A DNA stretch of 63,996 nt, filler included, from Dimargaris cristalligena (Eukaryota), in NCBI GenBank assembly GCA_003614675.1. It is 6 parts of 6 records of this genome, joined end to end, with 100 filler letters (N's around TTAATTAATTAA, not from the genome) between each part and the next. Parts side by side here need not be neighbours in the genome. Positions count along the whole stretch, not along the records: positions 32,768 to 43,529 come from ML003154.1; positions 43,630 to 54,390 come from ML003155.1; 4 more parts are not named here. One strand, given 5' to 3'. This document shows, in pieces, positions 38,471 through 51,147 of the stretch. The notes beneath the pieces are model-generated. The model was not told the DNA's origin and made no database searches. It saw only the letters and a program-made list of their open reading frames with translations. Numbering within the stretch: the stretch's first letter is position 1; every line of letters starts with the position of its first letter. A program made the translations under genes and the position numbers.

Positions 38471-41400
38471 ATGGCCAACGGCGGGATTCCCAATTGCGAA
38501 GTCTACGCCGCTCGCTTGGCGGATCCCCATCTGGGTAAGTGACCCACCCGGCTCGTCGTTATTCAAGGGCCGAGGTGACGGAATACCGGTCGGTCAAGTC
38601 CAGCCCTGGTGCGACAACCTCACTAACCGCCGTTGGGTGAATCGGCCCCATTACATGCCTGTCGACCCAGGCTCCTGTCCGCCAACTCCCCTATATTTCC
38701 GACGCGTATATTAAACTATTTTTTTAAAATTTGATCTATCCCCACGACCCCCTTCTTACTTCGGGTGCATTCACTAGATACCACTCTCAAAAACACGATT
38801 ATTCGTGAATTGCGCGACTCATTCGATTTCTACCAGGCGTCGAACTACGATCATTTCCTGTCCGTCATCTTCCCCGTATTTAAAGACCTGCTTACTAAAC
38901 AGCAGCCCGCGTTTGTCGAAAATGCCGCCGAACAGGTAACTACTGCCCCAATCCTAACAGCAGAGCGCATCATTAAGTTCTAGTGAGTGCCGCTCTAACT
39001 GTCTCTCATCTCCTCCCCTTTTTTTGGCTTACCGGGGGCAAAGCACTAATCCTACCTATACAACACTATGGATTTCCCGACTCGCGCTCGCTGTCCCTTT
39101 CGGTTTACCCATACTGTTACATGGCCATGTCTGTATTTATATTAGAAATTGCGGAGTACGATTCTTGAAATTCTCCACCGGTTCCCCATGAACGAACACC
39201 TGAAGCCGTACGTGGATGACATAATCGTGATTTGCCTAAAGCTAATTCGCTCCGAGAACGAGGACAATGCCGTTCTCTGCCTCAAGATCCTCGTCGAGCT
39301 GCACCGGGCCTACAAAGGGGTCCTGGAGGAACACATCCAAGCCTTTTTCACTCTGGTCCAGGAAATGTACCGGAACGTGGGGAAGATCCTCCGGGACTCC
39401 TTCGAGGCAGGTGAAACCCCCGGGGGTCCCGTCACTCCCTTTAGCAACCCCTTTGCGTCTCCGCGGCCCATGTCCCCATCCTCCATGGATACCCCGGACG
39501 CGTCCAACCGGCCACTGGCCCGGAGTCTATGGAGCTTCAAGGTCCTTGCCGAGTGCCCCATGATCGTGGTGATGCTCTGCCAGTCCAAGAAGTTCCCCGT
39601 GGAGCAGGCCGCCGAGTTTATCCCGCTGGTCGTGGATACCCTTAAACTACGGATCCGCCAGCAGCAGGAGTCCGCCGACCTCGCCGCCAAGCAGCACCGG
39701 GTATTCGTCGGTATGTGCCCCCAGGTGAAGAACAAAGCGCTCTACCACGAATTCATCAACGCCCAGGCCAAGACCTTCTCGTTCTTGGCCTACCTGCAGC
39801 GGGCCCTACCAGCCAAACTCCGCATCTACCAGGATAGCCTCCCGGAAATCGTGATCCATCTCCTCCAGGACTGTCCCGCCGACGCCACCTCGGTCCGCAA
39901 AGAGCTGTTGATGGGCTTGCGGCATATCCTCGCCACCGACCTGCGCACGGCCTTTGTCCCCGAAATCGAAACCCTACTGAACGAGCGTATCCTAGTCGGG
40001 GATGGGGTCACGTCACGTGAAACCCTCCGGCCGCTGGCTTTCAGCACCCTCGCCGATTTGGTCCACCACGTCCGAACCGACCTGTCACCCCAGCAACTGT
40101 CCATGGCGGTGGGGGTCTACGCAGTGCACCTGCATGACGCGACCCTGGCCTCCGGGATCCAGAGCATGTGTGCCAAACTCCTCCTCAACTTGATTGACTG
40201 TGCCGACCGGATTCCCGACAAACAGGTCGGGCGGCGCCTCTTAATCCAGATTCTGAGCACCTTTACGCGTAAACTTCAGTCCCTAGTCGCCCAGTTCCCC
40301 CGGGTTCGGGACCAATACCGTCTCAAAATGAAGCAGTTACCCCAAACACCTTCCCCCAGCTCCAACGACCGGGATCCCATTACCTTTACCTCGGGCACCG
40401 TGTACGAGCAGTACCTGCCCATTGCCCTATCGACGTTGGAGGCCCAGGGCGATATCATCAAGGACACCCGTTTCCTGATCAAGAGCCTGGTTTCGGGCAT
40501 CAAGAACGCCGTCTTTAATTTGAAGCACTGTAATCCCCCGCCACCCCCATCCGAGACCAATCTACAGGAATACAACGCCGTGGCCCGAGGGTTTCCGCCC
40601 GAGGAAGTGGCCATCTTCCAGAACCTGTTCCGAGCAGGAATCAATTGTTTTGATTATTACGGTATCCCCCAGGCGGCCGAGGAATTAAACGCTTCCGAGG
40701 GGGCTGCGAGTCCTATCAATCCAACTATACCCCCCGATGGCCCCACCCTAGCCGCCCACCACCGGGAATTTACGGCCAAATACGGGGCGGTGACCAAGGA
40801 GGAGAAGGAACTGTTGGAGCACTTCGCCAGCGTGTTCATCTACATTGACCCCGCCATCTTCCAAGAGGTCTTCAAAACCCAGATGCCCCACCTATTCGCG
40901 CGCACATTGATCCACATTTCCCTCCTGACCGTACCCCAGTTCTTTTTGGCCAGTGATGCCGTCTCCCAGAGCTTTGCTAGCATCGCCCTGGAATTTCTCA
41001 TGGACGCACTCGACGAACTAGGCGGGACTGACCTCCTGAAAACATCGGTCATGGTCCAGCTCTTCAAACTGGTCTTCATGGCCGTCACGCTGTTCCCCAA
41101 CGCCAACGAAATCGTGCTCAAGCCCCATGTGGCGAAAATCATTACGTCGTGCCTTAAATTATCCGGGAAGGCGTATAATCCGGCCGACTTTTTCCACTTG
41201 CTCCGGGCTCTGTTCCGTAGCATCGGCGGAGGTCGCTTCGAAACGCTCTATAAGGAAGTATTGCCCTTGTTGCGTATGCTCCTGGAAAACCTCAACGCCC
41301 TGCTAAATACCACCCACGAGCGGCATATGCGCGATTTGTTCGTGGAGATTTGTCTAACTGTACCCGTGCGCCTTAGTGTACTGCTGCCGTATCTAGCCTT

Positions 41401-43529
41401 GCTGATGCGACCTTTGGTTCTAGCCCTGGAGCCGGGCTCTGAACTAGTGGGGCAGGGGCTGCGCACGCTCGAACTGTGTATTGACAACCTCACCCAGGAG
41501 TTCTTGGACCCTATCATGGCCCCCGTTATTAACGATATCATGTGGGCACTCTGGAAGCACCTCCAGCCCGACCCGTACGACCAGAGTCTGAGCCACACCA
41601 CCGTACGCATCCTGGGGAAACTAGGCGGGCGTAACCGGCGCATGTTCAAGTCATTCCCCCAATTAAACTACCTCAACCCGGCCCAAAAGGTGCTGCACAT
41701 GAACATTTACTTCCACGGGATCGATCACCCCCACCCGCTTCCCCTCGACGAGTGCCTGGCCATGGCCACTCGGGTCCTGGAAAACCCCGCAGTGGATTTC
41801 TTCTACAAGGAAAAGGCCCTCGCTCTAGTCACGGGCCAGTTGGCGCTGTTGGTGGACACCCAGGGGTTTACGGCCCATTACTTGCAGCGCCTCCGCCAAT
41901 GGTTCCGCAAGGTGGCGGCCGCTCATATTTCGGCGGCGTCCACTGGAGGAGGAGCAGGGCCTGGCCCAGTCCCCGTATCGTCCAGCCAAGGGGCCGACCA
42001 CCCATTACCGCACATGATGCCTAGTTTTGAACTCCGGCGACACACCCCTGCGGCACCGGATGATGTGCTGGCTACAGTGATCCATGCCGTGTTTCGGGCG
42101 GCCTCGGTCCCAGGCCTGCGTGATCGGGCCATTGCCCTGATCGAGCAGGTGGTACGGTACTTTGCCGTATGGCACACCACCCAGTTCTGTGCCCAATTGA
42201 GCGAGTCTGACTACTCGGCCTCGGTACCCGGTCCTTCCCCCCCCGGTCGCCACCGCGGGACCGGCCGAAACAGTCGCGAGCCAGAGCGCCCCCGTCTTGG
42301 TAGAATCGCTGGTGCGGGCCTTCGCCTCCGAGTCGCCGGAGATGAACCAACTCGGCGAACAGGCCCTCCATTTGTTTTACCGCACCGTATGTATGTTGCT
42401 CGGCGAGGACCATTCGGTCACCACTGAGCTGAGCCTTCTCCAGCCTTCCCCTCGCTCCCCGAAGATTCCTGCCCTATCGAGATTATCCACCGAGGATGAA
42501 CCGGCCCCGGCCACTCCCCAATTAGCGATTACTAGCCCTACTCCGGCCGCTGGGGATGCTCCTACTTCCCCCGAGTTACCTACATCTCCTTTAGCCGACA
42601 GCCACCATGCCGCCCTAGTGGCCCAACTGCCCATTTTCCACGACTTGGCGGTTCGATTCACGGGCTGCTGCTATCTGGAGGACCGGTCCCAAAAATTGGG
42701 GGGCTGTCGGGGTATCAGGTTGCTTAGCATGCAGCTCCAGTTGGGTCGCAGCTGGCTACTCGAGCACGTCGTTGATTTCGTCAAAGGGCTCCTCTATATC
42801 CTCAAAGACTCTACCATTACCGAGTTCTACAGTCGGGCCGCCCATATCGATTTTACTACCGATACGCTTTATTCAATCTTGTGGCAGTGCTGGCACAAGC
42901 GCCGTTCCCCTTGTCCACATCCCCCTACCGGGGCGACCCAAGAAGGCCAATCGACAACGAATACCCCCGTACCCAACTGGTCGAACCCATTGGCCCAAAT
43001 GGAGGTGGATCAGACCGCAGATGGGCCCGTCAAGCAAGAGCCTGGTAGTGACGGGGTGACTGTCCCGGCCACTACTCCTATGGACACGGCCCCATCAGGC
43101 CCTAGCGCGGCTTCGAACACCTCCCCTGGTCTTCCCGCGGAGTCCTCGCCGTCGACATCGATTAAACCCGAGGGAACCCTCTCCAACAGCAGCCCGACCA
43201 AACTGGAACCTAGGTCCATCCCCGGTGTGTCTACCCCGGGTGCAGTATCCTCCCCTACCCTTGTGGATATGAGTACCCAGGCCTCCGCTGTCGTTGATCC
43301 GTCTTCCTCCACCCCGAAGCCGACCACCGCCGGTCCCGACGATGAATCAGCCGCGCCTGATCTCCTACAGATCAAGTTCAATAGCATTGTCGATTTGCTG
43401 ATCATCGAATTGAGCAATTCCAACGCTAATGTTCGCCGCACCGCGCAGGGCTCCTTTGAGTTATTGTCAGTGGAAACGGGCATATCGATTACGGACATTT
43501 TAACGCCCCTCCGGGAGAAACTGCTATGG
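38471..43529 (+). CDS. TRA1: Tra1/TRRAP (SAGA/NuA4 subunit), N-terminal HEAT region, truncated at contig end; introns 38535-38777 and 38936-39145; +1 frameshift near 42240
   Basis: ENEDNAVLCLKILVELHR, SFKVLAECPMIVV, RKELLMGLRHILATD, TLRPLAFSTLADLVHHVR, LLRALFRSIGGGRFETLYKEVLPLL, ELVGQGLRTLELCIDNL, RILGKLGGRNR. Confidence 0.95.
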
Positions 43530-43629
43530 NNNNNNNNNNNNNNNNNNNNNNNNNNNNNNNNNNNNNNNNNNNNTTAATTAATTAANNNNNNNNNNNNNNN
43601 NNNNNNNNNNNNNNNNNNNNNNNNNNNNN
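43530..43629. other. Artificial contig spacer
   Basis: 44N-TTAATTAATTAA-44N. Confidence 0.98.
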
Positions 43630-44789
43630 GGAATAAACAATGGGAATATATTCTGATAATATTAATTATTAATTTTACCCATTTGTTGGTATGGGTTTTT
43701 TTACTTATATGGCTGGTTATTCTTGTAGTTTGAATTAACCAGTCATGACAAAGAGTCTTTGGATTAGCACCAGAGTGATTAGTGTAATGAGGCAGAGTCC
43801 AGAAGGGGAATGGTTATATAATATAGGGTGATCCCATAGTACCAGGGGTGGCCATGGGAAGGTTAATATGGCACTATAAGGCCTAATAGGGATGGTATCA
43901 TGGAGTAGTAGTATTAAGCTACTAAAATGAACAACAAAATATTATCAAAAGGTCAGGGTGGCTTCTCCAGGTGAATTGGTTAGTCACCCTAATGGAAATT
44001 TAATATAAAATACTTTATAATAAAAAAACCCAGTTTAAACTAAGTAATAATAATACCAGTTTGGAAGCTCAAGAGGACCATTTCCTTAGTAACCATAACT
44101 TTTAAAGGCATATAAATCCAAGTAATCTAAAGTAATAATAAAGGTAATTTTATTGTAAAGAAAAAAAAAAGTAAAAGAAAATTGACACATAGAAAAAAAG
44201 AGGGGGAAAAGATATAGCTTATATGTAAAAATATGCATACTAATGCATATACCAATCACTTGCATGAGTGTACCAATTACTGATATGCATGGCCCAATTA
44301 AGTGCATTAGTGGTGTATATTTAATCTAAAAAAAAAACTAAGACTTTTGGCTCTATAGCCAAGAGTGCTAAGTCATTCTCTGTATAAGACAGAAGATTAC
44401 TAAAACTAATAAAAAGATGGTAAGCTTACATAACCAATAAAAGAAAAAATAGGAATTCACATAGTAAAACCAATAATAAAAAGGATAGGAATAAAATCAA
44501 TAAACCACTAATAATCAAGTATGAATATGCATATCTAATCATAGGGATTATATGCATCTACCAATAGAAATATAAATAAAATTAAAGGAAAAATTCTTAT
44601 GGAAGGAATGGGTTAAAAGGGAAGGGAAAAAAAACTGGGTATACCAGAAAAAAAAGCTGCTTCATACCTTATATATAAATATAATAGTCAAAGAATAATA
44701 GTTTGTACCTGTGGCAACTAAGGGGACACTCCACCTTGTCACAGCAGGCACCAATGTGTCTGGATTAAGTCAGATTAGATAGTCCAATA
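43630..44789 (+). mobile_element. Nested LTR stack: family C end (43630-43750), family A piece (43751-43895), ~850-bp insert (43896-44743), family A 3' end (44744-44789)
   Basis: Family A sequence stops at CCTAATAGGGATGG and resumes at ...TGTGTCTGGATTAAGTCAGATTAG after an A-rich insert ending TGTCACA. Confidence 0.6.
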
Positions 44790-45399
44790 CCTATATTTGG
44801 GACTAAGTTATATCCATAATTATATCATCCTATGCTTAGGACAGTAATTTTATCATTATTACTGCTTTTATCCAACCCAATAAAACAAACTGGGGGCATC
44901 TAGCTTTACCCCTTATGGTTATTTCTCTCTTCTTTCAATCTTTCAAGTTGCATTTAATGGTACTTTCATTTACCTTCAAATTTATCATCCCAACAGATCT
45001 TATGGCAAATGTATTGTCATACCAGTTCAATAGATGTAAAAGTAAAGCAAAGAAAATATGTTATCAATGAGACTTCCCTCATTAAAACAATTTGTAAGGG
45101 TTATTTGGATAGCCAGCCACTAGCTGAAGTAGTTGCCAAGAATACAAAATACACATAGTTGTATAGTATTTCATTGAGGAGCTAGGTAACAATGATTACG
45201 TTATGTGAATTTCCGCCATTAATACTAAGTACGTAATTATTTATTAGTGAAACTGTTAGATAAAAATGTTTAAATTGAAATTGATAAGTTTGTGCTACTT
45301 ACCAATTATTTAAAAATGTGCTTGGAAGTTGAAAAATGTTGTAAAATTATGGATTTAGAGAGCGTTTAGACCATATTTATGAAGGTAACATTGGCTGAA

Positions 45400-45870
45400 A
45401 GACAATGTCAAATGTTGTATTATAAACACTGGCATTACCGAAAAGAATTCTTAAGTAGATAATTTTGAATGAAATGTGGTAAAGTGTCCTTCCACGGACT
45501 TGTCTTTATCCATCAAGCCACAGCGCTATTAATCGTATGGAGAACTCCCAAGGATATTGGGACATAGGTAATTGCTATAGACCACTATCCAAAATACAAT
45601 ATAGCGGGTTTAGTACTAATAATTGGATACATCCCCCTGTTCATTATATATAAATTACACAGCTGCCATCAGTTTATTTTCAGAAAATATTACAATAATA
45701 TAAATTTTAAAATATAACCCTTGGGATTTATAATCCCCCGCACTGACAAACACCACCTGGGATTGATTTAGCGGGTGGGGGGGCGTCGTACGGTCTCTGT
45801 GAGCCTCTGACAGCTCTGCAGCGCGATCATAAGGGATATAGTCCCTCTCTAACGTATGGGAGGAACTACT
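45400..45870 (+). repeat. ~470-bp diverged repeat; inverted partner at 50676-51147
   Basis: Shared blocks AAAGTGTCC.TCCAC.GACTTG.CTTTAT.CATCAAGCC, AAACACCACCTGGGATTGATTTA, GCCTCTGACAG, ATATAGTCCCTC.CTAAC. Confidence 0.8.
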
Positions 45871-47295
45871 GGCAATGTCCCGGTTTGAAAAAATAAGATG
45901 TTTAGCTTTCCGCATTGCTACAGAAAGGGGAAAGTACATTTCTGTACAGATGACCAGGGGGAAGCGGGAAATGCCTGGGCAAGATCACAGGCAACGAAAA
46001 AAAATACGTAGGGATTGGGGGAGAAGAATGAGGAAGAGAAGTTGGCGATTTTTTTTAAAAAAACAATGGTAGCATATAAATCATACAAAATCCTACATGA
46101 AATGTAGTTTAGTGATTGGGCACAAATCCCTATTTATACTGAAACATCCTTGTCAGTTATACTAACTGGTTGATGTACTAGGGGACATGCACCACTTCCA
46201 AAGTTGACCATCACCACGTGTTTATCCTGTGTCCATTGGAAAACAAGTATATTCTATTCACAATAGATATCACCATATAGGCTAGCTGCGGTCTTCGCAT
46301 TTACGCATTTCCTTTATTGTCCATATAGATCACCTTAAGGAAAGATATGAAGTGTCAAGAAACGTTAGTTTCTGCTCTTACAGGCAACCGTAGCGGGTCC
46401 ACAATATCTTCATAGATAGTATTCACACTACCTTGCCCCAGGATAGGGCCATTGTCAGTACGTTTAACTGGTGATGGTCTGTATAAACTGGGTCTGACAA
46501 GTTCATTCGTCATTGGTCAATTCTGATGCCATATTCGCTATTCATTTTGGTTATTTTCAGTCTAGGAATGTCCGCTTATTGTAGTGTGGGAGATATTAAG
46601 CTACCAAATCTGTGAAATGGAAGCAAGTCACCTATTACAATGTGTAGCTGTTATTGTATTGGCAAACCCTGTCGGATTTATCTAACTATGAACTGAACAA
46701 CTAACGTTGAATATGTCAGTAACCAAGGAGGCCCAACCCCCCCCTCCCCAAATCATGTGTAATCGAATATTAGTATTTTATTCATTGGTGCTGGTAGTCA
46801 TGGGTATGTATAGTAGGGATACCGAGGGGAGCACAAACCAATAACCACATAAAATTCGGATTTGAATGGCACAATGGATCAAGATGCTGAAGGCAGCTTC
46901 CCCTATTCATTGTAAGTGCTAGCCTTCAGGATAATTTATCAACTACAGGACCATGTGCAACTTCATGAAAAATAACATAATTGGAAGTGTGATGTTCTGA
47001 CTTAGCTTTTCCATGGTTTTACGTGTCTTGTAGATAATGAATGGCCCATGCAGGCATTGTTTAGTTATTGATTGGGTAATGATTGATCAGTAGTGCAGGT
47101 AGAGTAGCTGGAGTCCACACAATTAGAAAGTTGGTTGAGCTGGTTTGGAAACCCCAACACTTAATTCCTAGGCTAGATTAGAAGTGCTTCACCTACAATA
47201 GAATGTGTCTTATATAAAATATCCCCACTATTGGCAATTAGAGATACATATTATATAGTATATATTGGGAGTCATTTATTGAAAATTACCTAGTG

Positions 47296-47877
47296 TATTG
47301 GCCCTCCTAATCTGACTTCATCCAAACCTAACAATCACCTAACCTTATTAGGCCTTATAGTGCCCTATTAACCTTCCCATAGTCACCCCTGGTACTATGG
47401 GTCATCATTTATTATATATCCCCACTCCTTCCAACCCTAATGCTTGCACCCCAAACACTCAACTTGCTAATCCAAGACTTTTCCCATTCTCATGAGAGTC
47501 TTCCTGATGTGAAGCCATCTGGTCAGATTCTTTACTTATCTATACCTTAGTCCTAGTAGTATTTTTTTTGGGACCTCCCTCCAGAGCTATCCCCATATAT
47601 ATATAGCCAGGCCCCACTGGGACTGGTTCAACTCCTTAGCTTATTTATATCCCCCAGTTTACCTCAGTAAATTCTATATATACTCACCCCCCTTGTACTA
47701 ACTAGTAAGTGTGCCTGCTGCACATCCCTGATATTTACCTGCATTATCCTTTATTAGTTAGTACTATGCCCCCATCCTAATACTAGCAGCCCCCTTAGCT
47801 GAGTCTAAGCCCCACCTACTATTAGAAGCCTATCCTTAGGACTCTTGATGGACTAAGAGTAGTTTACCTGGGTGACA
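47296..47877 (-). mobile_element. Solo LTR family A, full length, near-perfect 5-bp TSD (TAGTG/CAGTG)
   Basis: Ends CCTGGGTGACA; flanks TAGTG (47291-95) and CAGTG (47878-82). Confidence 0.88.
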
Positions 47878-48124
47878 CAGTGATTACTAATATGTAATTA
47901 TTTTTTCTTAATTACAACTATAATGACTTCTCTACCACATACAGGCACAGTAAAATGTAATATAACATCAATTTCATTGGGTTAATTAATGGTAGGAATA
48001 AATATATATAACTAATAATCAAGCATGAAATAATGGATGGCACTACATATAGTCCTTTAGCTGATCCAATGTATAGACATTCAATAAGGCAGGTGCTTTA
48101 GCATTATTAATTAGTAAGGCTGTG

Positions 48125-48555
48125 TGTCAGACCATCTAATCCACCATAATCTAACTATATTAGGCCTTATAGTACTATATTAGCTATCCCATGGTTACCC
48201 CAAGTACCATGGGATTATCACTTATCATATAACCTCCCCCCAGCCAGAACCCATATATTTATACTACTCACTCCCAGTGCTAATCTATTAGCCTATTCCA
48301 GTTACTATTAGAGTCTTCTAGATACCTGTAATTGTCTATTCAGCCCATTTACCTATAACTTAGTCTTAGTAGTATCCTTCCCTTAGGACCTCCCTCTAGA
48401 GTTGTCCCTATATATATATATAACCAAGCCCTATTGGAACTAGTTAGATTCCTTAGCTTATGCCTACCCATTAGTTTACCCTAATAAACTCTATATATAC
48501 TCACTCCCCCTTATACTGACTAGTAAGTATACCTACTGCATATCCCTTATACCTC
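48125..48555 (-). mobile_element. Solo LTR family A, partial reverse copy
   Basis: Starts TGTCAGACCATCTAATCC; contains TTAGGCCTTATAG and GGACCTCCCTCTAGAG. Confidence 0.8.
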
Positions 48556-48674
48556 ATTAGATGAAGTAGAGTTTTATTTAAAGTAAATCTAAGGTAGGCA
48601 ATCTTTTTATTATAGTTTGCCATCCATAGGGAACATATTAAAGGATAGATAGTTCAAAAACCCTCAAAAGCTAC

Positions 48675-49257
48675 TGTCACCTGGGTTATCCACTCTTAGT
48701 CTGTCAAGAGTCCCGATATAGGTTTCTAATAGTAGGTGGGGCTTAGACTCAGCTAAGCGGGCTACTAGCATCAGGTACAGGGGTGATACTAACTAATAAA
48801 GGCTTATGTAGTCAGCTTATGCAAGGGACATGCACTGGTGCACACTTACTGGTCAGTACAATGGGAGGGAGTGTATATAGAGTTTATTGGGGTATACTGT
48901 GGGGAAATAATAAGCTAAGGAATCTAACCAGTCCCAGTGGGGGCCAGTTATATATATATGGGGGATTACTCTAAAGGGAGGTCCCCTGAAGGAAGGTACT
49001 ACTAAGACTACTAATGGATAAACTAGCTGACCGGATGGTATAGGGGCATGAAAGACTTAGCTGGGAACTGGAAGAGTTATTAGATGAGCCCGGGAGTGAT
49101 TGATGGAACTCCGGAGTCCAGAAAGGGAAGGGTTATATGATATAGGGTGATCCTATAGTACTAGGGGTAACTATGGGAAGGTAAATTTGGTACTATAAGG
49201 CCTAATAGGGATGGTCCATCATTATGTCCAGGTTAGGCTGGATTAGAAGGGCTAACA
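48675..49257 (+). mobile_element. Solo LTR family A, full length (583 bp), perfect 5-bp TSD GCTAC
   Basis: GCTAC|TGTCACCTGGG...GGGCTAACA|GCTAC. Confidence 0.92.
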
Positions 49258-49740
49258 GCTACAGATAAAGAGGGAAAGGACATGGGGAGGATAATGAACA
49301 GACCCTAGGAAGAAACTATATCCTTATTATCTAATATGGGACATCTACTACCCACCAATGAGAGTGGTGTAGATCACCATAGATCTTTCCCAGTCATGGC
49401 AGGCCAATTATTAGGCTGCTATACTACTCACGTGAGTTATTATTACATGAAAAACTTCTATTCCTTTTGGATAAATAAAATCATCAATTTAATATCCTAT
49501 AAATCAAGAAATATTCCCTTCTGGGGGAATAGTAGATCCTCTGAATATTACTAATTTTGAGACACTTATAACAACCTACCTAACTTAGCTGGACAGGGGT
49601 TATTATTATTATCAGTAAGGTGGGGGGGCATAGGACAAGGTTACCACTAAGGCAGAAAATATTAGTACTAAAACTAAGAAGCTAGCCTAATAGGTGGGGG
49701 AAGGGATGAGTAGGTCAGTGGTCAGGGAAGTGAAATGGAC

Positions 49741-50300
49741 TTATAAGACCATCTCAGTATCTTGGGGGCTAGGAGGGGAAAGGGGGGAAGGGAGGGTACC
49801 TACCCAGGTAGGGCAGGTAGAGTTTGTAGAGGCAGGGATATCCTCCTCTACAATCCAGCCTTCCTGGACAAAGTGGTGAATAACAGCTCTAGCAACAGTG
49901 GGTCTATGGATAGCCAGGTGGTGGACAGCCTGAAGACAGTGGGCATGGTGAATTTCAGTCACCTTCTGAGCACAATCAGAGGGGGGCAAGGTGGTTAAGG
50001 CAGGGTTAGCTAGGTGGGAAGGGTGAAGGAGATCAAACCCAACACAAATAGGGACCTTGGCAGTAGAAAGCAGCTCTATGAGCTTAGGAGCATATTGGCA
50101 GTGGACCAGTAGGGCCACATAACCAGCAGAAGGGAAGGCTATATCTAGTAGTCTGGAGATATTAATACCAAGGGTCCATAGGCTCTTTCAAATCTCAGCT
50201 TGGGTTAATTGGTAGTTCCTAGGGATCACAATATACTCAAATCCCTAAGGGCCTGAGTTGGGGGTAAAGATCCTAGCAGCAGCCTTGTAACAGCACTGCA
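49741..50300 (-). pseudogene. Decayed transposon-associated ORF (possible ORF1/gag-like), with in-frame stops
   Basis: Extended frame reads KAAARIFTPNSGP*GFEYIVIPRNYQLTQAEI*KSLWTLGINISRLLDIAFPSAGYVALLVHCQY...FDLLHPSHLANP...FVQEGWI. From recall it resembles repeat-associated proteins of zygomycete fungi; not search-confirmed. Confidence 0.45.
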
Positions 50301-50479
50301 ACTGAGCTGGGGGAGTGGGAACAGGGTTACCAGGGTTAGCCTGGTACCCTCATTTAGTGGTCTGGGCATATGAGCCCTTAGGGGGGGTATTGGGAATGGG
50401 CTTGGTAGTAGCAGGCTGGGTAGAGGGGGTGGTGGATAGAGCTAGTTTGGTTGTATATTTAACCTCTTATACCTCATTA

Positions 50480-50615
50480 TACTTAGCCTTTATTAGTTAG
50501 TACTGTACCTGTACCTGACACTAGTAACCCACTTGGCTGAGCCTAAGCCCTGCCTACCATTAGAAGCCTATCCTCAGGACTCTTGATAGACTAAGAGTAG
50601 TTAACCCAGGCAACA
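50480..50615 (-). mobile_element. Solo LTR family A, 5' ~135 bp, reverse
   Basis: AGAAGCCTATCCTCAGGACTCTTGATAGACTAAGAGTAGTTAACCCAGGCAACA. Confidence 0.8.
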
Positions 50616-50675
50616 GTCCCATTATACAATAATACAGAAGTCCAAATTTGGTATTTACCCTTACCAGGGTACTTC

Positions 50676-51147
50676 TAATAGCCCCTCACATGTGTTAGGG
50701 AGGGACTATATTCCATACAATCCCTCTGCAAAACTGTCAGAGGCTGACAGTGGCCACACAATGCCCCCCCCCCTCCCACCTGGTAAATCAATCCCAGGTG
50801 GTGTTTGGCAGTGTAGGGGATTGTAAGTGACAAGGGTTTTAGTAATGTTTTTAGTATTATATTATTATTTTCTGTTAATAAATTGATGGTAACTGTGTGA
50901 TTTATATATAATATTATGGGGAAAGTTACCAATTATTAGAGCTACATCCGGTAAATCGTATTTTGGAAGGTCAATTGAAATACCACATTATTATTTGGAG
51001 TTTTCTGTAATCTTTATAAAGGCGTTGCGGCTTGATGAATAAAGGCAAGTCTGTGGATGGACACTTTGCCTTTCAGAATTTGAAAGTATATACTTTGGCA
51101 GTTGGTTCGGTTTACTCAATGCCTTTAATACACCATTTGCCATTGTA
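50676..51147 (-). repeat. Inverted partner of 45400-45870
   Basis: Reverse complement aligns across ~470 nt with 45400-45870. Confidence 0.8.
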
